Source: Octopus sinensis
Taxonomy: Eukaryota
Direction: 5' to 3'
Length of the DNA: 64,000 nucleotides
Assembly (NCBI RefSeq): GCF_006345805.1
Contig: NC_043005.1
Coordinates: 22,692,001-22,756,000, forward strand
Position 1 is the stretch's first letter. Each line of letters starts with the position of its first letter. Below the pieces are notes generated by a model. It was given only the letters and a program-made list of their open reading frames with translations, did not search any database and had not been told where the DNA came from. Shown here in pieces: positions 11,141 to 25,223 of this stretch. Made by a program: the position numbers and the translations under genes.

Positions 11141-13555
11141 GGCAACGAGCTAGCAGAATCATTAGCACGATGGACAAAATGCTTAGCGGTCCTTCGCCAG
11201 TCCCTACTTTTTGAGTTCGAATTTCACCGAGGTCGACTCTGCCTTTCGTCCTTTCGGGGTTAATAGATTAAGTACCAGTGAAACAGTAGGGTGCCTATAG
11301 TAGAAAGGATTATTATTATTATTAAGGTGGCGAGCTGGCAGAATAATTAACGCGCTGGACGGTATTTCGCCCATCGTTACTTTCTGAGTACAAATTCAGC
11401 CGAGGTCAACTTTGCCCTTCATCCTTTCAGGGTCAATAAAATAAGCACAAGTGAAACACTGGGGGCGATGTAATCTACAAGTCTCCTCCCCACAAATTTC
11501 AGGTCGTGTGCCTTTAGTAGAAAGGGTTATTATTATTGGGTTGATGCATAATTATTGCGGTTTTTTCGACAAATTTTATTCAACAAAAGCAATAACAATA
11601 ACAAAAACATCTTTAAATGATTATTCCAGAGCATATTCACCATCTACTTCAATTACTGCTTCCCATTTGCTTGGCAGACGGTCAGACCGTCATTTAAAGA
11701 TGTTTTTGTTAAATATTGTTATTGTTTTTGTTGAATAAAATTTGTTGGAAGAAAGCTGCAATAATTATTCACCAACCCAATATTCTTCAGGCGGTGAGCT
11801 GGCAGAATCGTTAGCACGCTGGATGAAATGCTTAGTGGTATTTTGCCCGTCGCTACGTTTTGAGTACAAATTCTGCCGAGGTCGACGTTTCCTTTTACCC
11901 TTTCGGCGTTGATAAAATAAGTACTAATTGAGCACTGGGTCGATGTAATCGATATATAGTCCTCCTGTGAACTTGCGGACCTTGTTGAAACAATTATTAC
12001 TATTATTAAGGCAGCGAGCTGGCAAAATATTTAGCACGCCTGGCTAAATATATTACTTTCTTTTTACTCAATCTAAATTTGCAGTGTGTCCATTTCGTTC
12101 TTACATTGTCACCAAACTCTTCGGGGATCTTTACATTTTGATCGGCAGATTTAGAAAATATTTTTTAGTAACTAAACACTTTCAAACTTCGTATACTGGT
12201 AGAATGTGTCATATAAAACATTTTTTAGCGTTTTTTGAGAAAAGTTTATATTTACGAAGTTATTTCGTATTAAAGTTGTCGTATTTCGGTAATTTCAACC
12301 AATTAATGACGTGTATTCAGCTGAATAAAATTACTACTGCTGTTTGTCAACAACATTTCCGGCGGTACTTCATTGGTACTTTACTTTATCAAACCCGACA
12401 GGATGAAAGGCGGAGGTCACCTTCGCCTAATAATTTTTGCAGGGTTGATATAATAAACTATCAGCCAAGTCTTATCAGCTCACTTATCAGCCTGTCACTG
12501 AAATTCTGGCCTTGTTCTTACGTTTAAAATTATTATAGGCAGTACATTGACAGATCTTTTCAGTGTAGGATAAAATACTTTACGGTTTTTGTTCTAATAC
12601 TGTTCTGAGTTCAAATCCTGGTGTCGATGAAATAAAGTACTCGTCAAGAATAGGGATCAATGATATTGACTTAATCCTTCTCTCAAAATTGCTAACCTTA
12701 TATCAAAATTAGAAAACATTAAAATTGCGGCGAGCTGGCAGAATCGTTAATCACCGGAAAAAATGCTTTGCGACATTTGTTCCGACTCTTTACGTTATGA
12801 ACTCATATCCCATTGAAGTGAACTTTACCTTTCATTCTTACAGGATAAATAAAAGTAGGTCAAGTACTACGTCGATAGTTGTTGGTTTTATGCCTATATC
12901 AGAAATCATTACTAAGGTGGTGTGCAGGATGAATCATTAGTGCATCGGACTAAATGCTTAGCGGCATTTCTTCCGGCCCTTCACGTTCTGAGTTTAAATA
13001 CCGCCGAGGTCAGCTTTGTCTTTCTTCCTTTCGGAGTCGATAAACTATAATACCAGTGAAGTACTGGATCGATGTAATCGACTAACTCCACCCTCCCCAC
13101 ACACATTAACATTTTTTACTGTGTGCCAAAATTTAAAACAATTATAATTACTATAATAAATGTTTCAAGTTTTACCACAAGGGCAGCAATTTTGTGGGAG
13201 AGGAATAGTCGATTACATCGACCCCAGTGTTTAACTGGTACTTAATTTCTCGATCCCGAAAGAATGAAAAGCAAAGTCGACCTCAAGGAAATTTGTACTC
13301 AGAACGTAACGACGGGAGAAATACCGCTAAGCACTTCGTCTCGCGCGCAGATTCAGCCAGCTCACCGCCTTATAATACTGTAAATAATCATTTCTACTAA
13401 AGGTACAAGGCCTGAAATTTGGGGTGAGAGGACTAGTCGGTTACATCGACCCAGTATGTCATTGGTACTTAATTTATCAACCCGAACGGAATTTGAACTC
13501 AGAACATAGTGGCAGACGAAATACTCCTTAGCATTTCGACCGGCGTGCTGATTCC
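11141..13555. mobile_element. Cluster of ~9 tRNA-derived SINE copies (family A, octopus-type)
   Basis: Recurrent head GGCGGCGAGCTGGCAGAATCGTTAGC (A-box-like) and GAGTTCAAATTC (B-box-like), with body GAGGTCGACTTTGCCTTTCATCCTTTCGGGGTCGATAAA. Plus-strand copies at ~11141, 11325, 11790, 12009, 12530, 12727, 12915; minus-strand copies at ~13160-13370 and 13395-13555. Confidence 0.85.
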
Positions 13556-15340
13556 TTTGTTTGAGCCCTCAGTCTCGACATAGAGGGGTCGATACACGGA
13601 CAGACAAAACAGCACAGTGGGGATATAAAACATAGAACGAATGAATGATAAATGAATTATAATAATGAAAATGATATGTCTTACCTGCTCCCCACTCGCA
13701 GGCAGTGTTATTCAATGGATAACGTTTAACAATCAGTTCATTTTTCTTTTTGCATCTTTTTAATAGTCACTATTAATTTTTAAAAAATTTTTACTTTCAC
13801 GTTAGACACTCGTCAATTCGTCGAATTCCACCACCGGTGGCAACTCATCAAATTGAACTTGTATTGGCGCTATCTCCACTTCATCTCCAAACAGTTCCTC
13901 CAATTTCTTGCCCGCTCCATCAAGCAAGACTGCTTTGGAGCCTTCATTGAACTCTGTCGGCAGCAATTTCACCCTAATTACAGATTTTATTTTGGTAATC
14001 TTTTTCTCAGTTTCAACACTTTTTGCATATTCTATCATATTCCATATATGTTTCCCCCTCTGAAATCCTTCCCGTCTTCCATTATTGGTCGTCCCCCCAT
14101 TAATGTCACTGGCATCGATACCTCTTTCCTCTCTGTAGCCCTCTCAATCGATGCTGCTGGTATCTCCGGTCCTTCCTTCTTCCGCCTCAGCAACTTCACC
14201 CTCTCACCCGCCCGCACTGGTTTCCCCGAGTGTTGCTGATCTCTCACACTGAGCCTCCTCTGCATTTTCTTTTCTCTTCTTTAGCGGACACTTTGGTGGC
14301 GAGTCCGCGCCTCCTTCTCTCTTCTTCTTTCTCTTCACCACCGTACCCCGTTCCTCCACATTTTCTGTACTCTTATCACAGACTGGGTTTTGCAATTCTA
14401 CGCTTTGCTTCTTTTCCTCTCTCTGCTGCTCCCGCTCCATCACATCCTCTTCGTGTTTCTGGGAATACCTTGTCTTCCTGTGTCCCCGTACTCCACACTG
14501 GCAGCATATTGGAGCTCTTCAACCCACCACCACTCCCAATCTCACTACCCCCGGCAGTACGACCTCTTCTGCAATTTTGTGCAAATCCTGTAAACTGACC
14601 CGGACCGCCACCTCGAGGCCGCATCCCCACTAGTCTATCTCAATCGTTCTTGTTACTTTCAAGAGTTTAGCTTCCTCCTCTGTGTTATACATAATGGCTG
14701 CCACCAGCCACACCCTTCAATCTCCAGGGCACTCTGCCAATCCTTACTCTGGCCACACGTTTGCCACAGTAAGTAGGCAGTAGTACCCACTCTAATGACC
14801 CCAACGCCACAGTAGAGTGGTTTATCGCGTCCTGAACCTAACCTCCACTGCGCCGCACCTCTTCCTTCTGGTATAGAATGTCGTAAGGCCTTTTATCTCC
14901 TTCAAAGTCTCTTCAAATGCTTCCATCGTCGTCATTTCAATCCTTTTCGTTTCCGTGGGCAGCATTTTGTATACCACTGTCCGCCTGGTTACATTCGCTG
15001 TCAATTCTGGCAGTGGGTCAACCTCAGGCTGGTACCTTCCTTCTCAATAAGCTTGTTGAACTGCTTCAACTTCTTTTCTTCCGATTTTACTTCTCTCACC
15101 TGTTGTACATCTACAGTTAAGCTTCTTCCGGTTGCTGCCGCATAGCTGCCAGCTGGAACTGGTTCGCTTTCCATCTTTTCTTTTCTCACCACTTCACCCC
15201 AAAATTGGGAAGAAAACAAATGTAACAGCCAAAACTAACAGTAATGAATAATTCAATATCTCAACAATTAGGTCAAACAATCAGCCCTTCCTTCCCTTTC
15301 AGGAAACATTCAACAAACAGTGTAACTCACGGGATCAAAA
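13553..15340 (-). mobile_element. Tx1/L1-like ORF1-only element (disrupted gag-like ORF1), inserted in a SINE
   Basis: KLKQFNKLIEKEG parallels KLFQFRKLIEKTG of the ORF1 at 53709. A zinc-knuckle relic PICCQCGVRGHRK is present and ORF1 stops at 13802. No ORF2 follows. Confidence 0.7.
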
Positions 15341-15364
15341 AATGATTAACTCGAACAGAATACA

Positions 15365-15845
15365 ATACCGCGCGCTAACGATTCTGCCAGCTCGCCGCCT
15401 TATAATACTGTAAATAATACTTACATCAAAGCAGCGAAATGCGTAGCTGTATTTCGTCTGCCGTTACGTTCTGAGTTCAAATTCCGTCGAGGTCGACTTT
15501 GCCTTTCATCCTTTCGGGGTCGATAAATTAAGTACCAGTTACGCACTGGGGTCGATGTAATCGACTTAATCCCTTTGTCTGTCCTTGTTTGTTCCCTCTA
15601 TGTTGAACCCCTTGTGGGTAATAAAGAAACAGATATTTCAGCTGTCTTTACGTTCTGAGTTCAAATTCCGCCGAGATCGACTTTGCCTTTCATCCTTTCG
15701 GGGTCGATAAATTAAGTACCAGTTGCGTACTGGGGTCTATGTAATCGACTAGCCCTCTCCCCCAAAATTTCACGCTTTGTGCCTATAGTAGAAAGGATTA
15801 TTTACAGTATTATAGGCGCCGAGCTGGCTGAATCGTTAGCGCCTA
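15365..15845. mobile_element. SINE family A copies and fragments
   Basis: Near-consensus bodies at 15425-15635 and 15640-15800, with head fragments at 15365-15400 (-) and 15815-15840 (+). Confidence 0.85.
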
Positions 15846-17222
15846 GAGTAGAAAAGAATAATACTTACATCTTTAAGATGATACCAAAGGAAAACTTCTT
15901 GAAATGCGTATGGTAGTGTAAGAACTACAAGAAGAATAAAGTTGTTGAAGATCTCCCAAGAATAAGTGAATCTTGACACTGAAGGCATTTCTTCTTTTTT
16001 ACCTAAATAGGAAGAAAGAATATAACTTGTCCAAAGAAGTGGATTTGCAAAACTTTTATTATCGGACGAAATATTTTGCTGTATTTCTTCCGGTTCTTTA
16101 CTATCCAAGTTCAAATCTTGCCGGTACTAACGTTCATTTTCATCACTTCAGTAGTTTGACACAATGCAATATCAATCAAGTACTGGAGTGTATTTGATCG
16201 ACTAACCCTTGACCGAAAATCTTTGGCTTTGTGCCTATATAAGACACTTAGTAACATGGAATCAGTAACTAGTCTCTGATGAATCTTTGACAAAAGCTGA
16301 AATCAATCATATCGATCTCACGTCAATGATAATGAAATACCACCACTTCCATAGTTTCAGGTGCATGGAAAGTGAATTATAAGCAGAAACAAGCGCAGTT
16401 TTCTGCCCTCTCCTTGTTGAAGTGTTGCGTAATCATTCATGGACTTCATTAATTGATGGGTGAGACATCCTGGAGCCACAGATAGTGAACCTTTCATTAA
16501 AGCAGTGGAGGTACCACACATGTACAACAATGAAATATTGTCGTTTCCACAGCTTCAGGCACACAGAAGGTATTGTATAGGCAAGAGTAATTGTGATTCT
16601 CTGGTCTTCAGCATGGATGTGTCTCTTGTTGAAGTGCTCTATGGCTGAAATTACTGACTTCATTGACATCCAAAGTATGAACATGACAACTTTTGGTACC
16701 TGTTTCAGTTTTATTCTTTATTTCTGTCCCTTTGATTTATATATTTATTATTTATTGGCAGTTGTCAGGTCATCGTCGAATTTGACGGTATAGTTATCAT
16801 AGATAGTTGTAGATGTGTAAACAGTATTAGTTCGTCATACCTACAAGTTCCACACGAACGGTATTAACGTGCGTAGAAGTGATTCTAAACAGAATGTTAC
16901 AGGACCCATCTATTGTTAACAAGCAGTCCATAGGGTACCTTAAATGCTGTATCAGATGATACACTAACACTCACTGAGGTTAACCAACATGAAATCAACT
17001 TGACTGGTATTGGGAAAATAGAGAACAAATGTGGTCACCGTTTGCTTACTGAAAATAATGATGAATAAATACTAATTTACAATAATTAACAAGGGTTGAT
17101 TAATTTTTAAGAAATGAAAATATGTAATCAATATGCATTATACATTATACTGCTGTATTAAATCATATATTATATTATATTACATTATATTATATTATAT
17201 TATATTATATTATATTATATTA

Positions 17223-17560
17223 GGCGCAGGAGTGGTTGTGTGATAAGAAGCCTGCTTCCTAACCACATCGATCCGGGTTCAGTACTCCTGCGTGGTAACT
17301 TAGGCAATTACCTTCTACTATTGCCTCGGGCCGACCGAAGCCTTGTGAGTGGATTTGGAAGACGGAAACTGAAAGAATCTCCTTGACAACCGATGTTGGT
17401 GTGCTTACGTCCCTGTAACTTAGCGATTCGGCAAAGAGACCGATAGAATAAGTACTAGGCTTACAAAGAGTAAGTCCTGGGGTCAATTTGCTCAACTAAA
17501 AGGCGGTGCTCCAGCATGGCCGCAGTCAAATGACTGAAACAAGTAAAAGAATAAAAGAAA
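17223..17560 (+). mobile_element. tRNA-derived SINE, family B (octopus-type)
   Basis: Head GGCGCAGGAGTGGTTGTGTG...CCGGGTTCAGT; body GCCTCGGGCCGACC...GACGGAAACTGAAAG; tail CAGTCAAATGACTGAAACAAGTAAAAG shared with 59391-59782 and 61625-61981. Confidence 0.85.
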
Positions 17561-17598
17561 AGAAAAATGATATTGTATATTGGTTATATCATAATATA

Positions 17599-18700
17599 CG
17601 TGGTCTATCCAAAAGAAAACTAAACTCTTAAAACTTCGTGCCAACCAACCGATGTAACATACCCACAACCTCACTGCTGTGTTTTGGTTGGCTTTTCGCT
17701 AAATACTGCCACATCATGCCATGTCAGTCATCGACCAACACATGCGAGAGTTGACGTATAGTTAGTGCAAGTGGACATCTGTTGAAGATCAACACTTGAA
17801 GGGTTTGGAAGAATATGTTTATATGAAATTTTGTTTCAAATACAGAAAATCTTTTCCTGAAATCCCTCTAACGTTAAAACAGGTTTACGGGCGGGCATTT
17901 TTGAGTCGTACACAATGTTAAGAGTGGTATTAGCGTTTCAACTCGAGACGAACACCTACTGAAAATGATTCTACGTTACACAACTTCCTACAGCACTTGA
18001 TGGTGATCATTTTGTGAATGTGCGTGTTATATGTCCATGAAAATCCTCACCAAATTGTCCGTAAAGTTTCTAAAGGAGACGTGCGCAAAAGTCCGTGCCG
18101 CATGATTAAAAAATTAAAGATGCATCATGATGTCGCAAAGTTAGTGTTGCATCTGTTGTGGGATGAAGGAAAATAGAACTGGTGCTGCTTGGTAGTTAGA
18201 ACGCTGATGAAAACTTTCTGAAAATGCCATAACAGGTGTGCGACTGCGATGCAGAAGCAGAAAGATGGTTGTCACAATAGATATGGATCAGCGCTGTCTA
18301 GTACAGAAGAGTACCTCAGAGATACTCAAACGCGAAGGGGATGTTGATCGTCAGTTTTGGTTGGAAGAATCTCATTCATTATGAGTTTGTTTCATGTGTT
18401 CAAACGACCAAAGTGTTTACTTGGATAACTTGAGACATTTCAGAAAGGTAGTGTAAAAGGAGAGGCTTGTAGCATAAAATCTTGATGCTGCACAAAATGA
18501 CACCAGCTCATACGTCATTTTTTATCCCTAACATTTTGGACGACGCTTATTTCCCTACTACCCTATTTTACAGATCTGGTCACTTAGGATTTTTTTTATC
18601 TTCAAAATTTAAAATTTATTCTGAACGGTTGCTGATTTCAATTATTAAGAACCATCGTAAAATATTCACTACAAGAACTTCAAACCACCTCTAAAAATAC
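17599..18700 (+). mobile_element. Mariner (Tc1/mariner) transposase relic
   Basis: TA + CGTGGTCTATCCAAAAG TIR-like start. Frames give EEYVYMKFCFKY...LKQVYG...W; a decayed PYSPDLAP-like region and FFLSSKFK lie near 18560-18610. Confidence 0.65.
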
Positions 18701-20470
18701 ATTGCAAACTGGAAAAAACGCTAGGGTCCTTGTATCCACATTATATGGAACTATTTTGTTGGAGTCAAGTTTCATTGAATTGCAAGTAAAACGAATTGAT
18801 TTTCCAAAAAGTTTACGTTTTATTTTTCGAATGAAGACATATTATATTAAAATTATAATGTATCTTGTTAAATTATATTACATTATAAAACACTTACTCG
18901 AGCTCCTTCTTAGAAGGTATATATCGCATGGTAAACAAATGGCAAGTAGTGCACCATATATCAGATAAGGTAAATCGAATCCACCAAGCTGAAAAAGATT
19001 TAATACAATTATGGTTTACTCTGTTGTGGCGATTTAATATTGTTTATTGCTATTAGCGATGTATTGTTACCAAAAACTTGGTCCTTGGACTCCTCTTTAA
19101 CACGTTATATTCGAAAATATCTGATTTATTATTATTATTTTTTTTTTTGCATATGCAGAGAAACATAAATTCATGGGAACGGAACAGACTTTTGAAGTAG
19201 CGTAAGTAAATGCTTGGTTTTTGTAATATATTTTGTCGGCTCTGGAACGATGAGAAATGAATGTCGATTCATTCCAGTAATATAAACATAAATGGATGAA
19301 TCTGAAAGCCGTAAGATATCAATTTCGGTGCCCTGTCATTTCTGCCACTCTACATGCTTTAATAACATCCATAACCTCACACCTAGATTTGGTTCAGCAG
19401 TAACTAGGCATCCCATAATACAGCCAGTCTGAAGTAACCATCACATTCTACTTTATGTTATTTTCTTCAATCTTGTTCTTTCATAGCCTATCTTTTATTT
19501 TATTTATAATATACATATTACGTATTATTGTATTTTATCATACCATCTCATATCCTATCTATCTTGCATTATCTGATCTTATTACAACCCTTCAATAAAA
19601 ATTCTTTGATTTACTATGGTCACTTTAGTACTTAAAAAGTTGTCTTGTGTCTAAAGAGGAGACCAAAATTAGTTTTTCAAGATACAGACGAGATGGTCGA
19701 AGGTATAAGCATTGGGTTATCTTCTCGTGGATCACATGTTCAAATTATAGAGTTTATGTGCCACCTAGAAATAGACGACACAAACTATATAAATCTATAA
19801 CAAACTCATATCTTCATCTTGAGAACTAGAACACATTTCGAAACGACTTACAATGTTTATGAATGGACAGTCATCCTTTTCCGTTGTGTAAACAATAAAA
19901 ATAACTTGATCAAATATCGTTATCGCCTCGGCTCACCTAGTCGTTCGAATGTGTTAGATACTATGAAATCAATAGTAAATATTATCTTAGATAGATCGGC
20001 TTCCTTTTCAAAGAAAAGTTATCTGTCATCTTCTGTACCCATAGTCAAGGAACAGGCATGAAAAACGTTAAACCACTAAGCCCAGATTTAGGGGATATTT
20101 ATACATATAGGAAACAGAAGGTGAGAGATATTTGCATTACTGATGTAAACTCACACCCACGGACTTAGTAGATGTCCGAATTATTGAATTAATTCCTCTC
20201 AGTCAGGTATATCAAGAGGCTTACCTAATCCTTGATAGTGGTGTCAGCAGCCATTCAGCAAACAATATCCCACAGCCATTGTAGCAGCAGACACAGTTCA
20301 GCTGTGATACAACGGCTTGTATCAACTGTGCAATGACAGTCAGTAGCGCAACAAATTATAAACCAACATCTTTTACAGATTCACTACGTTTTCAAGATCT
20401 GTTGCTTGAAACGAACTGTAAAGACAATCTATGATCCGGGAACTTAAATTTCATTATTTTTCCACCTTCA

Positions 20471-20668
20471 GGTGGCAGGCTGGCTGAATCGTTAGCAGAC
20501 AGGGCAAAATGCTTAGCAGCATTTCCTTCGTCTTTATGTTCTGAGTTCAATTTTTGCCGAGTTTGACTTTGCCTTCCATACGTTCGGAGTAGATAAAATA
20601 AGTACCAGCTGAGAACTGGGGTAGATGTAATCGACTTACCCCCACCTCAAAATTTCAGTAGAGAAGAT
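20471..20668 (+). mobile_element. SINE family A copy
   Basis: GGTGGCAGGCTGGCTGAATCGTTAGC...CTGAGTTCAA...GATGTAATCGACTTACC. Confidence 0.8.
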
Positions 20669-23600
20669 TATTTTTTCGCCTTGAATCCATTGAAAGTACC
20701 TATTAACTGGATTGTAACACATGTATATACTCTTTATATACGTACACTAAAAACTTGCATAGCCATACATTTATTGTGTATACACACTTACATGAACGCA
20801 CTTTCGTTTACATTTGATGATTCATTTGCATGTACACACACTACTGTATATACACTCCATCATCGCTTCTTGTAAATAGTTATAGCCATTTCTATTTCTG
20901 AACATTTCACTTAATTTCAAGTAATATTTTTTGACAGTGAAATTGAAACACCATTTGTATCATAGACTTTATATCTTGCCGATTAGATGTGTCATAATTT
21001 AATTTATTGGCAATTAAAGAATATATATTCCTATTCCGTTTTTATTATTGTATGTAACCATCTTTATAAATCCAGTTTTGGGGTGGAGTCTATATTTTTC
21101 ACACTGTATAATCCTTTCCTGATACAAAGGTCAATATTTACGATCTTTAATTCCACTTACTTTAGAGATAAAGAAATAAAAAGTAAAAAATCCTACTAGA
21201 TACGACTAAATTATTTCAGGTAACTATTCTCACGTGAAGAATTAACCTCAACTGCAAGCCTCATTAAAATAATGATGGTGTTTACAGCTGTGAACTATGT
21301 TTCTTGAAGGGCCTCTTAAATGAATTCAAATGACTCAGATGTTGAAATTGAACTCAGTGCAATGCTTGTGACAGAAACAAGTGAGGCGACATGCTAGAAA
21401 TAGCTGCCTTCTCCCTCAAATTTTACCCTGCTTTCATAAAAACAAAATATACGTTGGGTAATACTGTCCTGTGTACGCTAAGTCTGAAAACGGTTCTGTC
21501 TGGAACTTCGTTAACCATACATTTGTTTAACTGCAGCTAAACGTCAGCTAGTTACCCGACACATCTCACATGGTTTCATTCTCTCGCAGCAAAAATTCAA
21601 TGAAGATAATTATGTAATCATACTTACATCATAAAGCATTCCTCCAAATAGGGGGCTAGTTGAGTAACCAAGCCCAATTGCACTCAAAAACAAACCCTGA
21701 AATAACATTTAAACACAATAGCTGTGGAACTTCAGAAGATACTAATCTGTTTTTGTAAGAAAATTATGTTTTGAAATATTTTCTTAAAAGTAAGAATCTT
21801 TACTTACATGTAACATTCTCAAAACTTACACAATCTCTTAATTGTCTCATTCCGTAAAGAATGATATAATCTCAAATGCATTATTCTCTAAAATGTATCC
21901 GTACTATAAAATAGGATATTCCTTAAAATTTCAGTTTTTAAAAATGGCAGTAAATTGACAAAACAATGAATAAGTGGTATATTGGGGAAATATATTTAGT
22001 TTTACAATAATATGTATTGAACATAATGTATTTGACAACCTGTACAAGGATCATAGGACCAAATCCATGGCTGGCGTTCCATTGTGATTCAGACTAGCAT
22101 CTTTTATTCTATTAAGCATTAATTCACTTAGGAAACGGATCATTGGCTTGTAAATTTTTAAACTAGTGTTCCCTTGCTTCTATTCCAGACTGGACCCCAT
22201 TTGCTTGGAGCTTGCATTGCCAATAAAATATTTCTGGTTGTTTCCTAACTTACTGTAACGTTCAAGTCACTATTGTCGTCGTTTATTTATACACAAACCT
22301 ATATCTACACATAATTTCTGGAATATGAAACACATACTACATCCCAACTCAAACTTTATAAGCGAGTGTGTGTCTGCGCTCGTATATATCCGATGGTGTT
22401 TGAGTGGTTATAAAATTGTCTATGATTTACATGTGTTATGAAGAGATATTATAAAGTGCTAATTGGTCATTTTGACATAATCTTTATGATGGCCTAATCT
22501 ATTTGATGTAATGAATAACATAATAGCCTGGCAAGTGATAGATATGTAAATCAGCTCCCGAGATGCAACCAATTCGCTTTTTTCTGTATGGGACCGTAAT
22601 TTGAAATATCTATATATTAATACGCTAAGGACGAAATGCGTTACGCTGTCACGTGATTAGTTGAAGGAAAAGGAGTAGAGCGAGAAAGAAAAAGAGGGAG
22701 AGGGAAGTGTTCATGATGCGAAGTAGGAGGAACGTAATATTTATTACGGGGTTAAAAAGCTTTCTGAAGGTAGTGATGTAGAGAAAGAGAGTCAGTAACA
22801 CAAAGTTTAGCAGAATGAGGTTCTAGTGGTGCAGTTAAAGAAAGACAAAGAGGGAGAGAGGAAGAGAGAAAGTGGAGAGTGTAAGGGAGAAAGAGTAGAG
22901 GTGTTTTGCCAGCCGATGCAATAAGCTGTCATGTGGTCAGTGCAAATGAGAGATGAAAATAAAGAGAAAGAGAGAGATGATAAAGACGTGAAGAGGGGAA
23001 TGATATGGCTAGAATGTTTAAAATTTGAGGTAGAGAGAGAAAAAAAAGAGAGCTGGGGAGAGAGAAGGAGGGAAAGAGAGAGAGAGAGATAAAATGTTAA
23101 AAGGAAAATTTTAAACATCATATATTATTGTGACTTATTACATCGTTGGGTGGACTGAAAAAGGAATAATAATAATAACCTTATCATAGTAAAATAGATT
23201 TTTTCAATGAAAGTGAAATAACTTAGCAAAATAAGCGTAGATGTTATTTTTCGTTTCTTTTCTTTTGTCGCTTTTTGTTCTTTAAAGAGTAGATATAAAC
23301 AAAGAACTGAAATAAAATGAAACTATCGTGGATGGCAAACAACTTAGATTGAGCTTTGTTATTGAAAGTTATAATGATGATGGTGGAGGTGATGGTGATG
23401 ATCATTGTGGTGATGATGATGATGGTGGTGAATGGATAGCGAAATGTGCAGTCTTTTTTTATTTTTTTATATCGCCTCTCCTCATATATTTACTGTCTGC
23501 TTGCTTGAAAATATGTATTTGTTTATAAAATATGGATGACAACAGAAAGATTAAAACGGTATATAAAGAGAAACAGAGGTTCGAATCACTAAAACAAGCA

Positions 23601-24289
23601 CGGGAGCATCAGTGTGTTGAAGGGAAAATATGAATCAAAGAGTATTGAGTGAGTATTTACAAGAAATAAGGGAACGAGTTCAAGATAGAATATAAAATAT
23701 AAATGAACGAGAACGTCAAAAAACTGTAAACATATGGTGACATGAATATTCTCTGTAATCATTGTGAAGCTATTGGATTTATAAATGAACCTCTGAACTG
23801 CTGAGAGAAAAGAGAAAGAGAGAGAGAAGGAGAGAACCTGGAATGAGACGAAGATAAAGAAGTATGCGTTTAGTTATACTCACAAATAAACAACTAACAT
23901 CATCTGGGAATTCAGTGGCGAAAAATATCATAACTGTGGTATTGAGTGTACCACAACCCAAAGATTCTAAAGCTCTCACAATGAAACTTAGTATGATGAA
24001 CACCATATTATAAGAACCCTGCTTAGGGATGTATTTAAGCAATCTGATGAGAGATAAGAGAAATATACAAATATTAATAATGGTTTCTACCAACAGTGCA
24101 AGGGTACCCATTTTCATGGTGAGAACAGTCGATAACGGGAAACTCAAATTTTGTCAGTAAGAAAACAATAAAATCAAATGAAATAGTAATGAAAATAAAT
24201 ATAATTATATTTTTGTCATGGGGAAAAGAAAAATTATCAATGTTTTGGATTTATGCTCTTTTTGCTTTTTAGTTTACCCAGTGTCTCCC

Positions 24290-25165
24290 CAGGGCCAGAT
24301 TTATAAGGGGTGTGGAGGGGGTAATTGCTCCGGGTATTGGGGACCCCTGCTAGGAAAGGTATGTAACACTCAATACAGGAAGCCCTCACCACTACCGCCT
24401 TCCAGCGTTCAGGCTTGCTGAGTCACACTCGTTATACAAAAGTATCTTGACTTCTTAAAAGATGTAATGGATTCTCTTTTATGATAAATACCCATAGATT
24501 TTTGCCACTTTAGAGATACCAAATAATTCAGTTAAAAAACAATTTATTGCCAAAGCACTTACAAATCCCAAGAAAATTGTAGCTGCTTTTGGGACAGCTG
24601 AGAAAAGGGAAACAACAGGACACTCATGAAAATGTATGTATGTATCTGAGGTAGCTAATAAAATATCTGGATAATTGTTGGCGAAGAAGCTATGGTGAAG
24701 AAGCTATAAAAAATATTTAACGTTGAGATTTTAGATTTAGTTGAGTTTCATTCATTTCATAGTATGTGATAATTTTCCATAATCTTCTTACATTTGATCA
24801 AGATATTTTAAATTTTGTTGCTTTTCTGATGTGTAAGGATGGATGTGTAGGTGTATGACTCTTTTTTTAAAAATCAATTCTAGACAGCTGGAAAGGCAGA
24901 TTTACCTTGTCTTGTCTTACCTATTTTGCCCCGCCTAAATTTGTCTTTTATATGCTCAAAAAGAAGAGCGATAATTTTCTGAAAGTGTTTAGAGAAGATT
25001 TTTACTTCTCTGATATAGTTCTGGCTAGGTAGTGAACATGTGTAAAAGAAAAATCTTTTTTTCAAAATCAAAAATGCAGTAAATATTACTCATTGTGCCC
25101 CACTTACTCTTACTGGAAACTGGAAAAGTAGACTTTCAGAAATACCTGTTTGAATTTCCCCGTTT

Positions 25166-25223
<58 letters not shown>

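Noticed and set aside
6410-11214. Poly-I/N/L/K and YIHT/MYVC ORFs (also at 27.8k, 30.9k, 37.4k, 38.2k, 57.8k)
   Set aside because: Translations of microsatellites.
22606-23120. Helitron-like start ATCTATATATTAATACG
   Set aside because: No matching 3' hairpin plus CTAG terminus was found.
23790-24120. Decayed RTE endonuclease N-terminus and a CTGATGA at ~24045
   Set aside because: Similarity is too faint to annotate, and no GAAA or stems accompany the CTGATGA.
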